DNA of 64,000 bases from an uncultured Acidimicrobiales bacterium (GTDB lineage Bacteria; Actinomycetota; Acidimicrobiia; Acidimicrobiales; SHLQ01): contig CAZFBD010000006.1 of NCBI GenBank assembly GCA_964517125.1, positions 27,429 to 91,428 of the forward strand. Direction: 5' to 3'. The stretch's first letter is position 1, and each line of letters begins with the position of its first letter. The notes under the pieces are model-generated. The model was not told the origin of the DNA and did no database searches. It saw only the letters and a program-made list of their open reading frames with translations. The translations under genes were made by a program, and so were the position numbers. Shown piece by piece: positions 58,474 to 64,000 of the stretch.

Positions 58474-59076
58474 TTGAGAGACTCACAACGGGCGAAGGTC
58501 TACAGGGCCGAGCGAGTAGCGGCCGAAGAGCTAGGGCTCTACTTCTACTTCGCCGACGAAGACATAGCGGAGATGCCCGAGCTAACGGCCTTCGTCAACA
58601 AGACGCTCGACTCGAAGCGAACCCGCAAGGCTTTCGCCGGGGCGAGAAGCTTCGCTATGCCGGTCATCAAGGACGGCCGACGGAACCGATCGGCTTCGGC
58701 GAACGCCTACGAGATGGTCTTCCCGAGATGGAGTCGGAGTCGGCTCGTCGTGATGCACGAGCTAGCTCATACCCTCAATAGCCGGATACGGAGCAACGAC
58801 GTCCTACCAGACGGGACCTCGAATCCCGGACTAGTGAAGTGGGGACGGGAAGCGCCGGGCGTCTACGAGTGGAAGCACGCTCCGCACGGCTGGCGATTCT
58901 GCATGATCTACCTAAGGCTCGTAGAGATCCACATCGGCAAGACCGAAGCCGGGGTCCTTCGCGAGGCGATGAAAGGGGAGGGCGTCAAGTTCAGGAAGCC
59001 TCGCCAGATCTCGCCGGACTCGCGCCGAGAGCTAGCCGAACGAGGGTCTAAAGCGTTGGCGGTCGCCAATGGGTAA
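58474..59076 (+). CDS. HExxH zinc metallohydrolase-like protein
   Basis: Track ORF, TTG start. Motif VVMHELAHTL. The N-terminal SQRAKVYRAE recalls the actinobacterial putative-metallohydrolase family (recollection only). Confidence 0.55.
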   Translation: MRDSQRAKVYRAERVAAEELGLYFYFADEDIAEMPELTAFVNKTLDSKRTRKAFAGARSFAMPVIKDGRRNRSASANAYEMVFPRWSRSRLVVMHELAHTLNSRIRSNDVLPDGTSNPGLVKWGREAPGVYEWKHAPHGWRFCMIYLRLVEIHIGKTEAGVLREAMKGEGVKFRKPRQISPDSRRELAERGSKALAVANG

Positions 59077-60208
59077 GACGGTAGGCATAGTCGGCTTCTC
59101 CGGTTCTCCGAGGCTCGCTTACCGCGTACCTAAGAACGGAGACTATTCGCTCCTCGGTAAGCGACCGGTAAGCCCGGCCGGAACGATCGCCCTTTGGAGA
59201 GGGATCCAGTTGATGCTGGGCTCCAACTTCCATACGACGGACGGGAGGAATTGGCCGACCCAGATCCATAGCAACTACGCAAGGGAGTCGGCCCTCCGGG
59301 ATCGGCTCCATATCGGAGAGAACATCATCATTGATGTTCAGTCGGTAGCGAACTCGGTAGCCGGGGAGATCCTCGGGCCGAAAGAGCTAAAGGTTAGCGA
59401 GGTTCTCGAAACCGGCCAGCAGGTCGTCCGGCCGGAACTCGGAGACCTTCCCCTCTTCTGGAATCCTCCCGCCGAGACCTTCACCCTCGCGTGGACCATC
59501 CCTCCGGAGATCGTCGGCCTCTTCAACGCTTGGCCCTCTTTCACCGGGAAGCCCGGCCACACCGCCGTCTACGCTCATTGCACCTTCGACGGTACTCCCG
59601 CCGAAGGACAGGACTCGTCGATGGCTTTCTTTACGGCGAAGATCTGGATCTACGGAAACTGGACTCCGGGAGGTCTCCCGTTCGGGCCGATCGCTATCAT
59701 CTCAGCTCACCTCAAAGACGGGCAGGTCTGGTTTGAGGGAACCGACGAGCCCACCTACCCGGTCTTGACTCCGTGGGGAGACCCGAACGGATCGACTGAC
59801 GAGCGAACCCTCGCCCTCTACAAGAAGAACCCGACTCCGACGGTTATCCCCTTGGCGGAACCTATGGCGGTCGTTAACGAGACGATGACTCTCCTCGGTT
59901 GTCGGAACGTCGTAACCCAAGCCGCTACCGGTAAGCAATCGAAGATCGCCGAGCGAGCGAGGAAGAAGGCCGGACGTAGTACCGGGCTCCACGTAATCAA
60001 GGTTCAAGGCGGGAGGTCGAGGACCGAGGCCAGCGGTCGAGTCGCTTCGGGCGAACGGGTACGAGCCTGGAACGGACGGCGAGGCGGCTATGCCCATTAC
60101 GGAGTCAACGGGGCCGGGAAGCTCTTCGGCAAGTACACGTGTTCGGTATACCGGCCTATGATTCCGCCCGATGAAGACGCAACCGTGATGTGGGAGGTAA
60201 CCCGATGA
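59069..60208 (+). CDS. hypothetical protein
   Basis: 379-aa track ORF, 8-nt overlap. No motif recognised. Confidence 0.6.
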   Translation: MGKTVGIVGFSGSPRLAYRVPKNGDYSLLGKRPVSPAGTIALWRGIQLMLGSNFHTTDGRNWPTQIHSNYARESALRDRLHIGENIIIDVQSVANSVAGEILGPKELKVSEVLETGQQVVRPELGDLPLFWNPPAETFTLAWTIPPEIVGLFNAWPSFTGKPGHTAVYAHCTFDGTPAEGQDSSMAFFTAKIWIYGNWTPGGLPFGPIAIISAHLKDGQVWFEGTDEPTYPVLTPWGDPNGSTDERTLALYKKNPTPTVIPLAEPMAVVNETMTLLGCRNVVTQAATGKQSKIAERARKKAGRSTGLHVIKVQGGRSRTEASGRVASGERVRAWNGRRGGYAHYGVNGAGKLFGKYTCSVYRPMIPPDEDATVMWEVTR

Positions 60209-60471
60209 TGAGCGAACCGATAGACCCGACTCTTATTGAAGCGACGCTACGAGCCGTCGACTCGATAGAGCACCTAGTCCAAGGCAGGGAGGGGAAGCCG
60301 GACTACGTAGCGACTGCGACCCGAGAGGAACTCATAGCGGTGAACGGCGTGCTCGCCGGGATGCTCCTAGCGGCGATCTTCGAGAAGGCGGCGAGCACGG
60401 GTATAGGGCTCGACCAATTCGTGGCGACCCTTCGCCAGAACGTAGAGAGTCGGGCGGCCGGGAACAATTAA
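60205..60471 (+). CDS. hypothetical protein
   Basis: Track ORF 60190..60471 trimmed to ATG 60205 (ATGA overlap). Confidence 0.55.
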   Translation: MMSEPIDPTLIEATLRAVDSIEHLVQGREGKPDYVATATREELIAVNGVLAGMLLAAIFEKAASTGIGLDQFVATLRQNVESRAAGNN

Positions 60472-60476
60472 TACCT

Positions 60477-60513
60477 CTAGGGGTTGACGTAATCCCCCGG
60501 AAGGGTCTATGGT
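60477..60513 (+). promoter_or_regulatory. conserved extended promoter (leadered)
   Basis: ctctAGGGG-TTGACG(60484-60489)-18 nt-TATGGT. About 50-nt leader with a GCTACC/GGTAGC hairpin, AAGGAG site, ATG 60572. Confidence 0.65.
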
Positions 60514-60571
60514 TCTTGAAGAGCCCAAGCGGCTACCAAGTCGGTAGCGACTAGCAGGCCAAGGAGTAAAC

Positions 60572-61795
60572 ATGACAGACACGATTAACGAGATCGAGAT
60601 TCCGGAATTCCTCAAGCGGTCGGAGCGTCGGAACTACGGACTGGTCCACATGCTGGATCACCTCAAGCAGATGGCTACTTTCCGAGACGACGCAATCGTT
60701 TGCGGCGGAGATCTCGAAGCCGTTGGCGGCAAGGTCAACATCTTCCAGGCTCCTACCGAACTCATCGGTTCCGGAGTGGCGGTAGACGGTCTCGCTATCC
60801 ACGATCAGGCTCTCGCCGATCTCGCTGGCACGGTCGGTCTTCCGGCTCGCTACAGCCGAATGATGATGAACTCTTCGGACGCCGGTATTCGAGAACTCTT
60901 CAACACCAACTTCAACGAGCTGATGCACTCCGAGCGATTCCGTAACCAGCGATTCCTCGCCCGGACCTACAACATCGGCGGCAAGGAACTCCCGGAATGG
61001 ATGAGCGACGCGAGCGAAGCTCCTTCGGTTCTCCGTTGTATCAAGAGCCCGAGCTTCGAGTTCTTCGACAACCTCGAAGTCGCCGCAGCGATCATCGTCG
61101 CCGCATCGAAGCGAGGTCTCAACCCGGACGACATTCACGTCGACCTTTCCGATCGCCGGATGATCGTCCGCCTTTGGGACCGGAGCGTCGAGGCTCGCGC
61201 CAAGGACTTCCTCCAGGGCTACCGCAACCCAGTTGTCGGCGAGCACGAGCGGGACGACACGGTGATGTTCGCCGGTCTCGTTATCTCTAACTCCGACGTC
61301 GGCGCTTCGGCCCTCTCGGTCCAGCGTCAGGTAGTTGCCCGAGTTTGCACCAACGGTTACCGAGTGACCTGGGGAGCGAAGAAGGACAACCGTTGGAGCC
61401 GGTACCACCGAGGAGCGGTCAAGACCGAAGGTCGTATCGACTGGAGCCCGGATACTCTCCGGAGCCAGCAGGAGACCTTGACGAAGGAGATCGGCGATGT
61501 CGTCGAGAAGTTCCTCGATCCGGAGATGCTCAAGGCCGACGTTGCTCACCTCAACGAGTTCGGCACCGAGCCAATCCCGACCGACGGCATTCTTGAGCGG
61601 CTCGGCAAGGCTACGTCTACTCTCGGCGTAACCGATACCGATCTCGCCTTGATCGTCTCCGACTTCCTCGGCGGCGGTCGCCACGATCGGGCCGGTATCG
61701 CCCACGCTTTCACCTCGGCTTCTCAGCGGGTTGACAGCGTCGAGCGAGCCGACCTCCTGGACGCTTCGGCAATGAAGGTTGCCGAGAACGTCTAG
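60572..61795 (+). CDS. DUF932-like protein
   Basis: 407-aa track ORF. HDQALADLAGTVGLPARYSRMM, then FEFFDNLEV, then GLVISNSDVGASALSVQRQVVARVCTNG fit my memory of the DUF932 (phage/plasmid-like protein) consensus. Has its own promoter, AAGGAG site and terminator. Confidence 0.65.
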   Translation: MTDTINEIEIPEFLKRSERRNYGLVHMLDHLKQMATFRDDAIVCGGDLEAVGGKVNIFQAPTELIGSGVAVDGLAIHDQALADLAGTVGLPARYSRMMMNSSDAGIRELFNTNFNELMHSERFRNQRFLARTYNIGGKELPEWMSDASEAPSVLRCIKSPSFEFFDNLEVAAAIIVAASKRGLNPDDIHVDLSDRRMIVRLWDRSVEARAKDFLQGYRNPVVGEHERDDTVMFAGLVISNSDVGASALSVQRQVVARVCTNGYRVTWGAKKDNRWSRYHRGAVKTEGRIDWSPDTLRSQQETLTKEIGDVVEKFLDPEMLKADVAHLNEFGTEPIPTDGILERLGKATSTLGVTDTDLALIVSDFLGGGRHDRAGIAHAFTSASQRVDSVERADLLDASAMKVAENV

Positions 61796-61804
61796 GGCCT
61801 AGGT

Positions 61805-61845
61805 AGCCGGGCGAGAGGGTTGTAGCGGCCAACTCTCGCCCGGCT
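61805..61845 (+). terminator. hairpin terminator (13-bp perfect stem)
   Basis: AGCCGGGCGAGAG-15 nt-CTCTCGCCCGGCT, 10 nt after the stop. Confidence 0.6.
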
Positions 61846-61948
61846 TCTAGTCCGGTTGCTAGTAAAGCCAGTCGGTCGGGTCCGTTCTCCCCCGTATGGG
61901 ACTCGACCGGCTGGTTTCACCAGGAACCGAACGAAAGGATTCCCCACC

Positions 61949-62584
61949 ATGCACATCACCGATGGACGCCTTCAACGCTTCCTCGATCTCTACAGGGCGG
62001 CCGACGAAGACTACGAGGCCGTCCAGCACACGGACGATAGGGCAAGCGAGAAAGCCCGAGCGGAAGCCTTCGACGAGATCGCTAAGACGCTCGGCTTGCC
62101 TCACCACGAAGACGGCTTCGTCCCTGAGCTGCGACTCCTCCGAGACTTCCGGTTGACCGAGCTTTACGGCGAGATCCTGCTTAGCGAGAAGGTTCGAGTC
62201 CCGGCCGTAGTCTCTTCGATCTCGGACCGACGGGATCCGGAGAACAGCGAGTATGTCCCGATCTTCGAGCTAGAGGAAGAGGAGACCGAGGTAGACGTAG
62301 TCGGCGAGCCGATGCTAATCAACGTCCCCTACTGGACGGCGATCCTCGCTCCCGAAGGCGAAGGTAAGTACGACGACTTCACGAAGGATCTACAGGCGGC
62401 CGTCGACTACATTCTCTCGGTCTCTCCGGATACGACCTTCGAGAGCTATATCGAGGGCAGGGGTAGCGAGCCGGAGCACGTAGCTCGATTCTACGTCTCG
62501 GCGGACGGGCGAGTTATCCAGATCCAGCCCGACAAGCTTTGTTGGCCCGAGCCCGATCTCTCGCCGATCAAGTTCGGCCTCTGA
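61949..62584 (+). CDS. hypothetical protein
   Basis: Track ORF 61856..62584 trimmed to ATG 61949 (AAAGGA upstream). The track start lies inside the terminator region. Confidence 0.55.
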   Translation: MHITDGRLQRFLDLYRAADEDYEAVQHTDDRASEKARAEAFDEIAKTLGLPHHEDGFVPELRLLRDFRLTELYGEILLSEKVRVPAVVSSISDRRDPENSEYVPIFELEEEETEVDVVGEPMLINVPYWTAILAPEGEGKYDDFTKDLQAAVDYILSVSPDTTFESYIEGRGSEPEHVARFYVSADGRVIQIQPDKLCWPEPDLSPIKFGL

Positions 62585-62829
62585 TGTTCCGCACGATCCG
62601 AGACTTACTCCGGCTGTCGCCTCTTCCTCCAGAGCCGGACTTCCACTACGAGTGGAGAGTCGTCCAGATCACTTCCGGAGGAATCGAGCCGGGCCAAGAA
62701 CTCGATCTCTATATCGAGAACGGCGAAGGCGGACGTATCAACATCCCGATAACGCGCCGTCACGTCGAGGTTATGACCGCCTACGTAGCGGACCCTCAGC
62801 ACGGAGACTTCTGGCAACCCGAGCTATGA
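62584..62829 (+). CDS. hypothetical protein
   Basis: Track ORF 62539..62829 trimmed to ATG 62584 (TGATG overlap). Confidence 0.55.
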   Translation: MFRTIRDLLRLSPLPPEPDFHYEWRVVQITSGGIEPGQELDLYIENGEGGRINIPITRRHVEVMTAYVADPQHGDFWQPEL

Positions 62830-62873
62830 CTCCGACGACTGGAAACCCGAGCCGTTCGAGCTAGGAGGAACCG

Positions 62874-63104
62874 ATGCCGACGATTACTAAGCGATCAACG
62901 ATCGGCTACCGATGGGAGAAGAAGGGCGGAGGCTACGGCTTCGGTCGACTTCCGGAAGGTAGGGGTCGGACCGAGCAGTGGCTTTGCGATCCGGTCGGCG
63001 TCCCCTTGAAACTCATCGCCACAAGAGGCGAGAAGAGCCGTCCTTGGGTTGCGGTCGAGGGATTGACTGAAGATGAGCTATCGAAAGTGAGCTACGTCAA
63101 ATGA
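62874..63104 (+). CDS. hypothetical protein
   Basis: Track ORF. AGGAGG ribosome site. Confidence 0.6.
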   Translation: MPTITKRSTIGYRWEKKGGGYGFGRLPEGRGRTEQWLCDPVGVPLKLIATRGEKSRPWVAVEGLTEDELSKVSYVK

Positions 63105-63658
63105 CGAAACGAACCGTGATATCGGTAGATATCGAAACCGACGGCCCGGTACCCGGAGAGTTCTCGATGCTTAGCGTCGGGATGGTAGTCGTAAGTACCG
63201 GCCTCCATCGCAGGCTCTACCAGGAGTTTCGCCCGGTGACCGATCGGTTCCAGCCTGAGGCGATGGCGGTTAACGGCCTCGATCGAGAGGGACTTCGAGG
63301 TCTTCCTTGGAACGCCGAAGAGGCGATGATGTATGTCCACGGCTGGCTAACCGCTCAAATGGAGATCGACGGAACCGACCGGTGTGTATTCATCGGCGAC
63401 AATCCGGGCTTTGACTTCGCCTTCATCAACTACTACTTCCATAAGTATCTCGGCGACACCTTCGAGAACCCGAATCCCTTCGGCTGGTCGGCTCGCCGGA
63501 TCGGCGATATCTGGTCCGGCCTCAAGGGCAACTTCCATCGGGTCGGCGATTGGAAAGACCTTCGGGTTACCGAGCACGATCACAACGCCTTGGCGGACGC
63601 TATGGGTAACGCTGAAGCGCTCCTCCGTATGCGAGATGAACACGGGCTCAGTTGGTAG
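63101..63658 (+). CDS. DEDD-family 3'-5' exonuclease (DnaQ-like)
   Basis: Track ORF, ATGA overlap. Exo I VSVDIETDG, Exo II FIGDNPGFDFAFI, Exo III HNALADAMG. Confidence 0.7.
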   Translation: MTKRTVISVDIETDGPVPGEFSMLSVGMVVVSTGLHRRLYQEFRPVTDRFQPEAMAVNGLDREGLRGLPWNAEEAMMYVHGWLTAQMEIDGTDRCVFIGDNPGFDFAFINYYFHKYLGDTFENPNPFGWSARRIGDIWSGLKGNFHRVGDWKDLRVTEHDHNALADAMGNAEALLRMRDEHGLSW

Positions 63659-63930
63659 TTACCGGCGACCCCGATCCGTTGGCGTCGGAGGTCCCGACGC
63701 GCTCGGGTAAGAAGCGAACATTCTCGGCTCAAGAGAAGCGAGACAATCGGACCTTTGTCTCCGGTCGAGACGACCTGTGCGGTAAGTGCGGCGACCCGTT
63801 CTTCGTTTGCCCCCGCTCGATCAAGAGCGGAAAGCAGTACGTCTATCGAGCGCTAACGTGTTGCGGTCGAGACGTACCGTGCACCCATCACAACCCGGAA
63901 TCGGAACCCGAAGGGCGGAGGATCAGATGA
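63652..63930 (+). CDS. hypothetical Cys-rich protein
   Basis: Track ORF with an uncertain TTG start. Cysteine motifs CGKCG...C...CC...C. Confidence 0.45.
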   Translation: MVVTGDPDPLASEVPTRSGKKRTFSAQEKRDNRTFVSGRDDLCGKCGDPFFVCPRSIKSGKQYVYRALTCCGRDVPCTHHNPESEPEGRRIR

Positions 63931-64000
63931 GGCCAGAGCTTACCGAAGGCGAGCGAAGGGAGCGGGAAGCCGTCCTTCTAGGACTACCCGCCGAGCACGA
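63927..64000 (+). CDS. hypothetical protein, 3' end outside window
   Basis: ATG 63927 in an ATGA overlap with the upstream stop. The frame stays open to the window edge (MRPELTEGERREREAVLLGLPAEH..). Confidence 0.4.
   Translation, partial: MRPELTEGERREREAVLLGLPAEH

Noticed and set aside
60551-61705. 384-aa minus-strand ORF opposite the DUF932-like gene.
   Set aside because: The sense strand has a promoter, AAGGAG site, terminator and recognisable family motifs. The antisense product has none and is a mirror ORF. The same reasoning applies to 51735..52460, 28128..28829, 34338..34988, 38558..39226 and 31448..32038.
60572-61795. Major capsid protein assignment.
   Set aside because: The expression signals suggested it, but the sequence motifs fit DUF932 rather than any capsid family I recognise. 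Kept as DUF932-like, with a test proposed.

Overview
GC-rich (about 60% by eye) segment of a tailed dsDNA phage or prophage genome. Its expression signals look actinobacterial: TTGAC-N17/18-yAnnnT promoters, many leaderless ATG starts, GGAGG/AAAGGA ribosome sites, and 4-nt ATGA/GTGA start-stop coupling. I call about 120 mostly co-directional genes. They comprise Cys-rich tail/fibre-type genes (3-6291), a long run of small early-type genes and one tRNA-Cys(GCA) (10092-10163). A translationally coupled ParB-like / TET-JBP-type 2OG dioxygenase / aGPT-Pplase-like / FAD oxidoreductase / P-loop kinase cassette runs straight into the small and large terminase genes (18125-23856). Further on come membrane-protein operons and portal plus MuF-like head genes (40127-42741). 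A DNA-metabolism block carries a Cas4/RecB-like exonuclease, FtsK-like translocase, SSB, ComM-N-like domain, DPPY methyltransferase and DEDD exonuclease. There is also an amidase endolysin (57014-57748) and a DUF932-like gene. Three signals stand out. (i) The candidate DNA hypermodification cassette. (ii) At least 18 copies of an extended promoter ATAGGGG-TTGACG-TAAT, two thirds of which put the -10 element 5-7 nt before the ATG. (iii) Several gene-free, hairpin-dense regions, the largest at 25522-26354. I saw no integrase, transposase, CRISPR array or rRNA. All functional calls come from motif recognition by eye; no searches were run.
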